A DNA stretch of 24,669 nt. Origin: a virus. Lineage: Duplodnaviria; Caudoviricetes. A program made the position numbers and the translations under genes. Positions 1 to 8,946 of the stretch are shown here, in pieces; within the stretch, counting starts at the first letter, position 1, and each line of letters begins with the position of its first letter. Where the stretch lies: IMG/VR virus record IMGVR_UViG_3300044637_001287, positions 1-24,669 of that record; one strand, 5' to 3'. The notes under the pieces were generated by a model. The model ran no database searches. It worked only from the letters and a program-made list of their open reading frames with translations, and was not told the origin of the DNA.

Positions 1-1
1 A

Positions 2-3000
2 CTTTTCACGCCAAAGATCAGCCGAAGCCTGATCACCGCTTTGTTCTGCCACAAGAGCTTTTTCTTCATAATCATTCTTTACAGAAAAATAACGAGTAGC
101 GCCTTCTTTGAACATAAACTCATCAAGCATTTCCTGAGGCGTACTACGATAACGCAAACCTTCAACAACACTCTGATTCCAAGCCCACTGAGAAAAATCA
201 TCAGCAGTTTCCGGATCATTCGGAATCATCCAAGGACTACCAAGTTTATATTCACCAAAAATATTTTTGTTATCCAAATAATATTGGATAGCAGCCTTAG
301 TACTTGGAATAACAGCACCAGAAGGAGTTTCATTTACACTAGTTGTATACATCATTGGGTTGAAAAGATCTTGGACACCAAATCGTTTTCCTTGATCAAT
401 ATATGTATTGATGTAACGAACAGTCCCTTCATCAATACCATAAAGACGAATACTGTCATAGTATTCTGCCTTTAATAAATCTCCTGCATTTTCAATAGCC
501 CCGCCAGTTAACCATTTAATTGAGTTATCCTCGCCTTGATTAATTTCAACACCAGGAGGCCCCATTGTTACCCATCCACTAAGCAGACGAGTGACTTCCA
601 TAATGCGTGCATAGTTTGTTACGTCACGCATAACTTCTTCCATTTCTGCGGCAGTCATATCCGGCTTAGGACCTTTACCTTGAGCCATATAATGTGCCAT
701 AGCCATATTAAAATAACTTCCTAGTTTTTCGTCTTTACGCAATTCGTCCTGGCTAGAACTCATTAACTTTACTGCTTTAACAGTATTGACCATTGAAGCA
801 GGCAAGAAGTGATCCCACCAGTTTCGATCCAACTTATTGTCCTCACCAACAATATTTCGTTCTAAAGCTTGCAATGGTTCGAAGTCAGAAAATATTCCAG
901 AAAGAAAACTAACTGGCCAAATAACAAGAGGCGAATATGACGGAGCACCAAACTTGGGACCAAAACCTGGCAATATTTTATTTGTTGATTGCGTAATCAT
1001 TCCTGTCAAACCAAGATCCAAACCAGTAATACTAGATAGACCGTCAATCATAAGATCGGTTCCAGGAATTACAAAATAGTCATCGCCGTTTGGTTGTTCA
1101 CGAATAACACCCATTTCACGCAAACCAGTATATTTCAACTGGAATTGACGCAATGTGGCTAAACCGTTAGCACCACTGTCTAAAGCAATAATTCGTGACC
1201 ATCGTTTAATAAAGTTTTCTTCTGCATAGAAAAAAGGCATAAAGCCACGACCCCAATCAGCAAATTGTGATCGTATTTCGTTGCTGTCAATGTATGGCAT
1301 AACGTCACGAATTGTTCGTTCTTGTGCATAGTAGCGAGCATTCTCTAATGCTTTTTCACGGGTGTTCCATGCATTTTGTAGAGTAGCAAAATCTTCGTCA
1401 TATAATTCATCTAACAGTTTTTGTACTTTAGCTTTACTTGTTCCTTCAACACCAATGGTTTCAATTTGTTGAAGTCGTTGACGAACCGCCCATTCAGCGC
1501 CACCAGATTTAATAACATCCTCGCCCAATTGAGCGGTCATGTAATCTAAGAAATCCCATGAACCACCAATTTCTCGGTCACCAGTAACAACATTGCCTTT
1601 ATTTTTAGTAGCAAAAGTAACCAACGCATTAGTTTTGTCATCAACAGGATTATTTTTTAGAATAGTAAGTGCAGTATCAAAATCTTCATCAACAAAACTA
1701 CGGATGTAAGAAATTGCTTCCCCATTAGACCAATATTCTGCTTCAGGAACACCATGCGACAGACCTACTTGACGACCAACATCTGACCATCTTTCAAGAG
1801 TCTGAGGTGATTGCGGACCAAAAATGTTTTTAGCATGAAACGCATCCGCTAAATTATTTAAAGAAAGTTCTTCTGGCGTACCATAAAGCATCCAATCAAT
1901 ATTTTTGAGGTTCTGCTCCATAGCAATACTGTAAGCATGAAACGCCATAGGCTTACGAGAAATAGCATCCATAATCGGTGCAAGCACTCTATTAAAACCA
2001 AACTGAACAGCCTTATCAAATTGCGCCATAGCACCAGTTGAAACATCTTCTAATACAGAAGCTATTTCCATATTAGGCAAATTGCCAACAGAACTATTTT
2101 GAACATCATGAAGATTAAATCGAGTCACAGGAATATGATCTAAATAAACTTCTTTGTCCATCCCACTTAATTTTGTACTTTGCGTACCTTCAAAAAGTTT
2201 ACGTCCAGAAAGTTTTTCTGCCTGATCATAAAGAAGAGGCGCAATAATATTCCAGTTAATATCAGTTTCACCCTTATATTCAATTGCTGTTTCTTCCATA
2301 TACCGCATGTCACCAAGATCAACAAGATCTTCTTCACCCATACGAGCATCTTTATAAATACCACGCGCAGGAATAATATCGCCCTGCTTCAAAGCCATAG
2401 GACGACCTTCATTTAAAATCCACAACGTGTCATCTTCTCGCACAACATAATCCATCCGTCGTCCGGATTTAGTGCGTTGTCTAATAGTTTCAATAGCCGC
2501 ATCAATAATTTGTTTTTGCGAACCCTGCGTTGCAGCATCATACAAATATTCGGAAACAATAGGATAGTTATCTACTGGCCAACCAATAACATCAAAAGCT
2601 TCTTCGGGCATATTGCCAACAAACTCTGGAAATTCTTCTTGTATTCCAGCTTTTGATTTCATTGAAAACATTTTACGAGCAGCGGGTATTTGACTATTTT
2701 CTGTAGCAAATCCAAATATTTGATTTAGTTGAACAATTTCATTAGGTTCTTTAACTGGCAAATACATTGATTTAACTTCAGGAATAAAATGTGTTTGTTC
2801 TAAATTTCGTGCAACGTTACCTCTAGGTTTATACGGAGTCATTTTTTCTAGTAAAGCATTCATTTTATTTAAATAAAATTCTGCTGATTCACGTGTTGAA
2901 AAAACCAATGGTGTGCGCGTATCAATAGCAGAAACAACTAATTCTTCCATGCTTAATGGAGATCTAGTTGTATTTACACCATCATCCCACCTATCACCCT

Positions 3001-6000
3001 TTTGCCATGTGCGAGTAGATGTCCAACTATCGCCCAAAGTATATGACGGAGGAACATCTGGCAATTCACCAGAAGTTTGCCTAGCAATATACGGTGGGAG
3101 ATTTGATGTATCTAAAACAAAAACTTCTTGCGTAGGACCAGTATCAACCACACGACGATTCAACCTAAGAACATCATCAAACTCGCCACTCTCAATTATG
3201 CGAGCCATTTCCATTTCTAGTGCTGGCTGAATTTCATCAAACGAAGAATAAAAAGGGCTAGTAGAATAATCAGCAAAAATTTCACCTGGCTTAATTCGAC
3301 CAGATTGAATTAAATTATGTTGATTTAATTGTTCAAGACAAATATTTAACGAGTATTGTTGATCTTCAGTCAAAGCATTATATCTATCATGAAAATTAAT
3401 TGTTTCCGGATCTTGTCCGTTTAATATTGCGTTCTCTTCTCCAATTGCATAAATTTCATCTTTACGTGCTGTGTAATATTTAAATTCGTCATCAGTTAAA
3501 AGATGCGCAATTCTTGAACTTTCAGGTCCCAACGGATCATTTGTATTATTTAAATAACCTTTTGTTTTACGCAAAGAATCTAATTTTTTGTACTCATCTA
3601 CAAGCGGATTAAAAGTATTTTTAAAACTTTCTAGAAGCTCTGGCATTGACCATTCAAGATGAAGACTTTGACCTGCTTCATCTATTAAACCTTTTATAAA
3701 ATCTTCTGGACTAATTTCAACTTTAATAACATTTCCAGAACCAGACAAAGATGGCTGCACGGCAGGATAATTGGGATCTTCTAAATAACTTACTCTTATT
3801 TTTGATGGATCATCTATTAACTCGTGGAAAATATTAGGAAGAACAACAATTTGAGTGTCAGAATCAAAAAAATCAGCAGTAGTGCTTTCTACATTAGGAA
3901 AAACAAATTCTAATTGTAATTCGGTAAAAGGATCTTCTGTAACGTTTAAATCAATAATTTTGTTATCTACAGAATTTACTGCCCATCTCGGCCCAAAGTT
4001 TTCAAAATATGTATTTAAATCATCAATCAAATTAGGTTGAGAAAAAATTTCTTTAGTTTTTGTTTCTGTTACACCAAGTGTAGTTATGGTCAACTCGTCA
4101 AGAACGGTCTGATCAATGTCATCATAAATAGAACCGTCAGGAACATGTAACGAATAAGTACCAGCAGGATACGTAATTGAATTTGATGTTGGTGCGGCAA
4201 TAACTGGATTTAATGGATCTATTCCCCAAGCCTCAAGTTGTTTATTTACATCATTAAGATTATCTATTCTTATTTCTTGCATGGAAATATTACCTTGAAG
4301 TGTTGTTTCTTGAGAAGCCGTAATTGGTCCATTTTGCTTAAGTCCATTAAAGAAATCTATATTTTGTTGATGACTTTCTATTTGACTTTTTAATAAACTT
4401 TGACTATCAACTGCTCTTTTTTGCATTAAATAATCTTCTGATTTTTCAGCATGTATAGCTAACTCACGATGGCCAATACGCCCCGCTTCTCTAAAATTTG
4501 GGCTTTCAAGAATATAAGGTGCTTCAGGCCCTTGAGTAAAAGTTGCGCCTCTTCCTTCAACACGATAAGGCAAAGGTGCAGTTCCATTAGCAAGGTCACC
4601 AAAAGTACGGTAACCAATATTTTCTCTTGTAATACCATGAGCAGCAAAAGTATCATCAACCGTAGTTGTAAACATTACAGGACGAGTTCTAACATTGCCA
4701 GTGTAAAATATACCTGTCGCATAGCGCAATGATTGTTCATGCGATAAACTGAATGACAAAGCATCATTAGAAGTACCCCATTGACTTTGTTCTTGAAAAA
4801 ATAATGTTATAGAACCATCAGAATTAAGAACATACTGATCACCAGGACGTTGCATCATACGATACAAAGGTTGACCCTTACTACGACCAACCGACTGGCC
4901 GTTCCATCGCATAACTTCAGGACCCCAATGTTGACCGTCAGTAGCCCAGTCTTGGAATATGTTTGCCATAACCCATGACTTTGCTGGTTCTTCAATATCA
5001 CCAACTAAACGCTGAAGATTATTTATTGCACCCGCACCAACTTTATCGGCATCACTTTGCAACAAAATTGTTGTGAACTCTTCAGGAGTAGGAACACGCA
5101 AACCACCATAATTGTTTTTAAGAACATCATATAAAACGCCATCTTTATGCTGGTTTAACGCAGCAACAAAACGTTGTACTCGCGCAGGATGCTCAAGCGG
5201 TTCGTTAACAACCAACCACAAGTGAAGTACTGAAGCATCAAGTGCACCTAACCCATCATCGGCAGAATCTAAATAGTTTTTCCAGGCATAAATAATTTCT
5301 TGATACTTTTGTGGTGGAACTAATTCTTGGGTATCAGGAGTAAAAACATTAAGTTCTTTTTGAATAACAGGAGAAATTAAAGCATCATCAGTAAGTTCAC
5401 TAGTTCGCTCATGAACGGACACATGAAAATCTTCTCTAAGTCTATGATTTTCTCCTTGACGGACGATACCCATTTCACCGGTACTTAAACGAACATTAAT
5501 TTTTTCGCCAAGTTCACGTTCTACGGCACTAGTCCTGGCTGTTAATTCTAAAGGAATACCTGAACCCGTACCTAGACGGTCCATCAAAGCATCAAAAGCA
5601 TCAGTAGTAAAATATCGTGCCCTGTCAACTAAAGATTTATTAACTCCGCCAACAAGCATACGGCGAAGTGAATATTCGTTACCAAAAATCATCATGTCAG
5701 CCATAGACTTAACATTGTTTTTAATAATAGATGGACTTAAAGATAAATTTTCTGCGAGTGTTTTAGAAGTAAGTTCGTCAGTTGCTCCACGCAAAAGCTT
5801 CATTATGTCTACAAGTTTACTCTCTTGCCTATTTGCTCCACGCAAAAATGTTGTTAACCATTTACCGTAGTTTTTACCAACAACAAAAAAAGGATTGTGG
5901 CCTGCACCTAAACGAGTAACAACTCGTGCAAGAGGTCGAATGTGAGCAGGGATATCATAATCTTTTAGAAGAATCCATTTTTGGCGTTCAGTTAATTTTC

Positions 6001-8503
6001 GAGTGCGATTTGCATTAACACCAGCAGTATTAAACTCACCAACAATTACTTTAGCTTCTTTATATGCATCATAGTTACCAATATTTCGTGCACCAAATTC
6101 TTGTAACCAAAAACCTGAACCTGCACGGGCAATTAACGCCAATAAATCTTCGCCAGAGTTACGGAATGCAAAACCAAATCTAAACAAAACTGACGGCTTC
6201 CAAATTTTTTCTTGGAATCCTTTAATGTATTGATTCTCAGGAATGCCTAACAACACTCTAAAATAACTTCCGTCGGCTGCTGCTTTACGCAACAATTTCA
6301 TATCTGGTAAAGCAATCATAATTGCTTGATTATGAAGAATCGGAAGTGCACCCACTTTATCCATTTTCATTAAACCGTTTTTGGTAGACATAGTTCCAGC
6401 CTTACCAAACGCATAATGTTGTTTAAAGTGAGTAAGGATTGAATCTAATTGTTCTGCAGCTTCCGGAAATTGTCGTAAGTTTCCTGCTGTTGCCAGCGAG
6501 TCAACCATGGATGCAATAGCGTCAATGCGACCCTGAAAGTTTGGATTATCAATAATTGTTTTAATCCAAAGATCTTGCATGTATGAAGATAAACCTATTT
6601 TTTGGAAACTTCGAACAAACTGTGTAATATCTTCAACCGCTTGTGGCTGATCCATAATAGTAACAACTTGTTTTGTTAATGCTGGTGTAACTAGAGCTTC
6701 TTTAAAAGCACCAAATGGTTGCAGTAACCTTCCTACAATTGGTGTTTGTGCAAGTTCTAAACCAGTTTTATAGAAAGAGTTTTGTGTAAGAGCAAGAAAA
6801 TCTTCTCGCATGGCTTCAGGTAAAAAAGATAAAAGTTCATCCATAAAATTAGCGTTGCCACTAATTTTTTCAATAATACGATAAACACTTGCATCACCAG
6901 CACCACGTAAGAAATCTCCAAGAGCACCAGTAGCAGTTTTTAATGCGTAAGTTGTTGGTCCTAATGTTTTTAATGTTTGACGAGTAACGCCTTGGGTAAT
7001 ACCAATGCCTTGCATAATGGCACCAAATCTTTGGCCATCAGAAATGTAATCAACTATGTTTCTTCCAGTAAATTCAGTAAAATCTGCTGTGCCTTTAACA
7101 CCATTATAATAAGTGCGTAAATTGTCGTATAGGGGCATCCATTGTTTTGCGTATTTTTGAATAATTCGGACATCGCCATTAACAACACCTTTAGCGACTT
7201 GATCAAAAACACGTTTTACGCTGTCATGTTTTTCGTACATTTGAATAAACCTATTTGCCATAACGGCACCATCAGCAAACTCCATACCATAACGTGAAAG
7301 TTTAAAAGCTCTAGTTCCTGCAGCAATTAAGTTAAATGGATCTACGCCGACCATGTATGCGGCATCTACAAAACCTGATAAAAATTGATATTCGCCACTA
7401 TTAGGATTTAACCCTAAACCGCGTGCGGCTACACGTCCAAGACTAATTTTTCCTTGTTGCATAGTAACAACAGCTTCTTGAAAAATTGGTTGTTGAATAA
7501 TTGTTTCAAGAGCCGCAACAGTTTCAAAATATGCTGGAGTGTTTGGTTCAACAATTTCTCCGGCGAGTTCCTGAATAATATCAAATTGTTTTTCTGGATT
7601 TAACGCTTCACGGTTGCCAGAAATTTCTGTTACTAAAGAAACTAAATCGGTTTGATTACCAAGTTTGCTTGCTAAGGTTTGAGCCAAAGATGTTAAAGCT
7701 TCATCGCCTAATAATTCTCTAGCCCTATTTTGTGCTTCAATAGTAAAAAGTTTTTCTCCATCGCCCGCACGAAGGTAAGCATTATAAAATCTTGATGGAT
7801 TACCTTGAATGGTTTCTGTCAAAAAAGCGGCAGTGCTTGCACCAACAACTGCAGCAGTACCAGCAACAGCAAGAAGTGCTAGCGGGTTGGCTACACCTAA
7901 AGTGGCTGCTCCAACATAACCAGCGTATCCTCCTCCTACTGCACCGAATGCTGAAGCAACTTTGCTAGCAGTACTAAGTTGAGCAATGGTTCTGACTGGA
8001 CGTTGATAAATTTGGTCTTGAGTAAAAATAAAACCTTTTAGTAATCCTGCACCTGCAGGAATAGCCACATCACTAATTGACCATCGAAAAGGTGCGGTTG
8101 CAGTACTTAAGGGACCGTCATACCAACTTTTTGTTGATCCATTAGATGATGGAACCTTATAACCCATTTTGGTTAAAGTGTCTTGTTGCTGTGGCGTTAA
8201 GGTTGAATAAATAGCACGTTGCGTAGAGGGCATTTTGTTGCGCAAATCGTCAGCAAGGGTAGAAGCACGATACATGCCATAAGCCTGACCAGTATTATAC
8301 AAAAGAGTATTTGTATCCATGTTTGATGCGGCCATAGCCATAACAGTTTCAGGTTCGCTGGCTAACCAAGGATTCATGCGATACATGGCTTGGGTACGGA
8401 ATGCTTGTACTGAACTATCTACATATACTTGAAGATTTGCTTCTGCTTCAAGAAGATTATTTTCAATATCATCAACATCTTCTTGTGTGTATGCAACTGA
8501 CAT
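2..8503 (-). CDS. Giant internal virion / DNA-ejection-type polyvalent protein, >2834 aa, 3' end outside the window
   Basis: ATG at 8503 overlaps the upstream TAA (TAATG). Manual translation (MSVAYTQEDVDDIENNLLEAEANLQ... to ...QSGDQASADLWREK at the edge) found no in-frame stop, which explains its absence from the ORF track. It lies just downstream of the portal. It contains an Ala/Gly hydrophobic segment and the motifs WKPSVLFRFGFAFRNSGEDL and RSQFADWGRGFMPFFYAEENFIKRW, recalled from large phage virion proteins. Confidence 0.85.
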   Translation of the reverse strand, partial: MSVAYTQEDVDDIENNLLEAEANLQVYVDSSVQAFRTQAMYRMNPWLASEPETVMAMAASNMDTNTLLYNTGQAYGMYRASTLADDLRNKMPSTQRAIYSTLTPQQQDTLTKMGYKVPSSNGSTKSWYDGPLSTATAPFRWSISDVAIPAGAGLLKGFIFTQDQIYQRPVRTIAQLSTASKVASAFGAVGGGYAGYVGAATLGVANPLALLAVAGTAAVVGASTAAFLTETIQGNPSRFYNAYLRAGDGEKLFTIEAQNRARELLGDEALTSLAQTLASKLGNQTDLVSLVTEISGNREALNPEKQFDIIQELAGEIVEPNTPAYFETVAALETIIQQPIFQEAVVTMQQGKISLGRVAARGLGLNPNSGEYQFLSGFVDAAYMVGVDPFNLIAAGTRAFKLSRYGMEFADGAVMANRFIQMYEKHDSVKRVFDQVAKGVVNGDVRIIQKYAKQWMPLYDNLRTYYNGVKGTADFTEFTGRNIVDYISDGQRFGAIMQGIGITQGVTRQTLKTLGPTTYALKTATGALGDFLRGAGDASVYRIIEKISGNANFMDELLSFLPEAMREDFLALTQNSFYKTGLELAQTPIVGRLLQPFGAFKEALVTPALTKQVVTIMDQPQAVEDITQFVRSFQKIGLSSYMQDLWIKTIIDNPNFQGRIDAIASMVDSLATAGNLRQFPEAAEQLDSILTHFKQHYAFGKAGTMSTKNGLMKMDKVGALPILHNQAIMIALPDMKLLRKAAADGSYFRVLLGIPENQYIKGFQEKIWKPSVLFRFGFAFRNSGEDLLALIARAGSGFWLQEFGARNIGNYDAYKEAKVIVGEFNTAGVNANRTRKLTERQKWILLKDYDIPAHIRPLARVVTRLGAGHNPFFVVGKNYGKWLTTFLRGANRQESKLVDIMKLLRGATDELTSKTLAENLSLSPSIIKNNVKSMADMMIFGNEYSLRRMLVGGVNKSLVDRARYFTTDAFDALMDRLGTGSGIPLELTARTSAVERELGEKINVRLSTGEMGIVRQGENHRLREDFHVSVHERTSELTDDALISPVIQKELNVFTPDTQELVPPQKYQEIIYAWKNYLDSADDGLGALDASVLHLWLVVNEPLEHPARVQRFVAALNQHKDGVLYDVLKNNYGGLRVPTPEEFTTILLQSDADKVGAGAINNLQRLVGDIEEPAKSWVMANIFQDWATDGQHWGPEVMRWNGQSVGRSKGQPLYRMMQRPGDQYVLNSDGSITLFFQEQSQWGTSNDALSFSLSHEQSLRYATGIFYTGNVRTRPVMFTTTVDDTFAAHGITRENIGYRTFGDLANGTAPLPYRVEGRGATFTQGPEAPYILESPNFREAGRIGHRELAIHAEKSEDYLMQKRAVDSQSLLKSQIESHQQNIDFFNGLKQNGPITASQETTLQGNISMQEIRIDNLNDVNKQLEAWGIDPLNPVIAAPTSNSITYPAGTYSLHVPDGSIYDDIDQTVLDELTITTLGVTETKTKEIFSQPNLIDDLNTYFENFGPRWAVNSVDNKIIDLNVTEDPFTELQLEFVFPNVESTTADFFDSDTQIVVLPNIFHELIDDPSKIRVSYLEDPNYPAVQPSLSGSGNVIKVEISPEDFIKGLIDEAGQSLHLEWSMPELLESFKNTFNPLVDEYKKLDSLRKTKGYLNNTNDPLGPESSRIAHLLTDDEFKYYTARKDEIYAIGEENAILNGQDPETINFHDRYNALTEDQQYSLNICLEQLNQHNLIQSGRIKPGEIFADYSTSPFYSSFDEIQPALEMEMARIIESGEFDDVLRLNRRVVDTGPTQEVFVLDTSNLPPYIARQTSGELPDVPPSYTLGDSWTSTRTWQKGDRWDDGVNTTRSPLSMEELVVSAIDTRTPLVFSTRESAEFYLNKMNALLEKMTPYKPRGNVARNLEQTHFIPEVKSMYLPVKEPNEIVQLNQIFGFATENSQIPAARKMFSMKSKAGIQEEFPEFVGNMPEEAFDVIGWPVDNYPIVSEYLYDAATQGSQKQIIDAAIETIRQRTKSGRRMDYVVREDDTLWILNEGRPMALKQGDIIPARGIYKDARMGEEDLVDLGDMRYMEETAIEYKGETDINWNIIAPLLYDQAEKLSGRKLFEGTQSTKLSGMDKEVYLDHIPVTRFNLHDVQNSSVGNLPNMEIASVLEDVSTGAMAQFDKAVQFGFNRVLAPIMDAISRKPMAFHAYSIAMEQNLKNIDWMLYGTPEELSLNNLADAFHAKNIFGPQSPQTLERWSDVGRQVGLSHGVPEAEYWSNGEAISYIRSFVDEDFDTALTILKNNPVDDKTNALVTFATKNKGNVVTGDREIGGSWDFLDYMTAQLGEDVIKSGGAEWAVRQRLQQIETIGVEGTSKAKVQKLLDELYDEDFATLQNAWNTREKALENARYYAQERTIRDVMPYIDSNEIRSQFADWGRGFMPFFYAEENFIKRWSRIIALDSGANGLATLRQFQLKYTGLREMGVIREQPNGDDYFVIPGTDLMIDGLSSITGLDLGLTGMITQSTNKILPGFGPKFGAPSYSPLVIWPVSFLSGIFSDFEPLQALERNIVGEDNKLDRNWWDHFLPASMVNTVKAVKLMSSSQDELRKDEKLGSYFNMAMAHYMAQGKGPKPDMTAAEMEEVMRDVTNYARIMEVTRLLSGWVTMGPPGVEINQGEDNSIKWLTGGAIENAGDLLKAEYYDSIRLYGIDEGTVRYINTYIDQGKRFGVQDLFNPMMYTTSVNETPSGAVIPSTKAAIQYYLDNKNIFGEYKLGSPWMIPNDPETADDFSQWAWNQSVVEGLRYRSTPQEMLDEFMFKEGATRYFSVKNDYEEKALVAEQSGDQASADLWREK

Positions 8504-8946
8504 TAAAGACCAGCCTTCATAGCTAACTCAGAAAAAATAGGGTTGCCTGTTTGTCGTGATAATTGACGCATAAATTCGCCTTGCTTATAAGAAGGAGATG
8601 AAGCATATGCATTCATTGAAGGCGAAGGTCCGTTGCGTAAACCCGCATTAAAAGGAACGCTTGGTTGATCGTCGGGTTGATACAACTGTCCACCAACATT
8701 ACTCAACATACCTTTCATGTCATCTAAAGACATTTTAGGTTGTTCTTGCACGGGGGCACTAGGAGCAGGAGCACCTTCCTGTTGAGGACTTGGCGCTGTT
8801 GGTTGAGATTGAGGGTTTACCAATTGAGGTGCAGGCATCGTCTGTTGCAACTGTTCCTGTTGCACACCCTCACCATATGTCTGTCCACTAATAGATTGAA
8901 CTGGCTGGCCTTGACCACCAGCCAAAGTTTTCTTTGCTCTAGGCAC
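8503..8946 (-). CDS. Hypothetical Gln/Pro-rich protein, probably virion-associated (147 aa)
   Basis: GTG start with GGAGG RBS, overlapping the portal stop. Its stop is coupled to the giant ORF start. The YGEGVQQEQLQQ motif resembles small post-portal proteins of actinophages (recollection). Confidence 0.75.
   Translation of the reverse strand: MPRAKKTLAGGQGQPVQSISGQTYGEGVQQEQLQQTMPAPQLVNPQSQPTAPSPQQEGAPAPSAPVQEQPKMSLDDMKGMLSNVGGQLYQPDDQPSVPFNAGLRNGPSPSMNAYASSPSYKQGEFMRQLSRQTGNPIFSELAMKAGL

Noticed and set aside
41-4732. Short ORFs in the track suggesting a degraded or recoded region
   Set aside because: They are antisense or off-frame shadows of the single open minus-strand frame. No stop-codon reassignment is needed.
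5782-5847. Direct repeat ttgctccacgcaaaa (two copies)
   Set aside because: It encodes a repeated LRGA peptide, has only two copies, and shows no array structure.
2-8503. Giant ORF as an N4-like or crAss-like virion RNA polymerase
   Set aside because: Manual translation showed no T7-type motifs (DGxxNG, RxxxKxxxxxxxYG) and no DxDGD. The C-terminus outside the window cannot be assessed.
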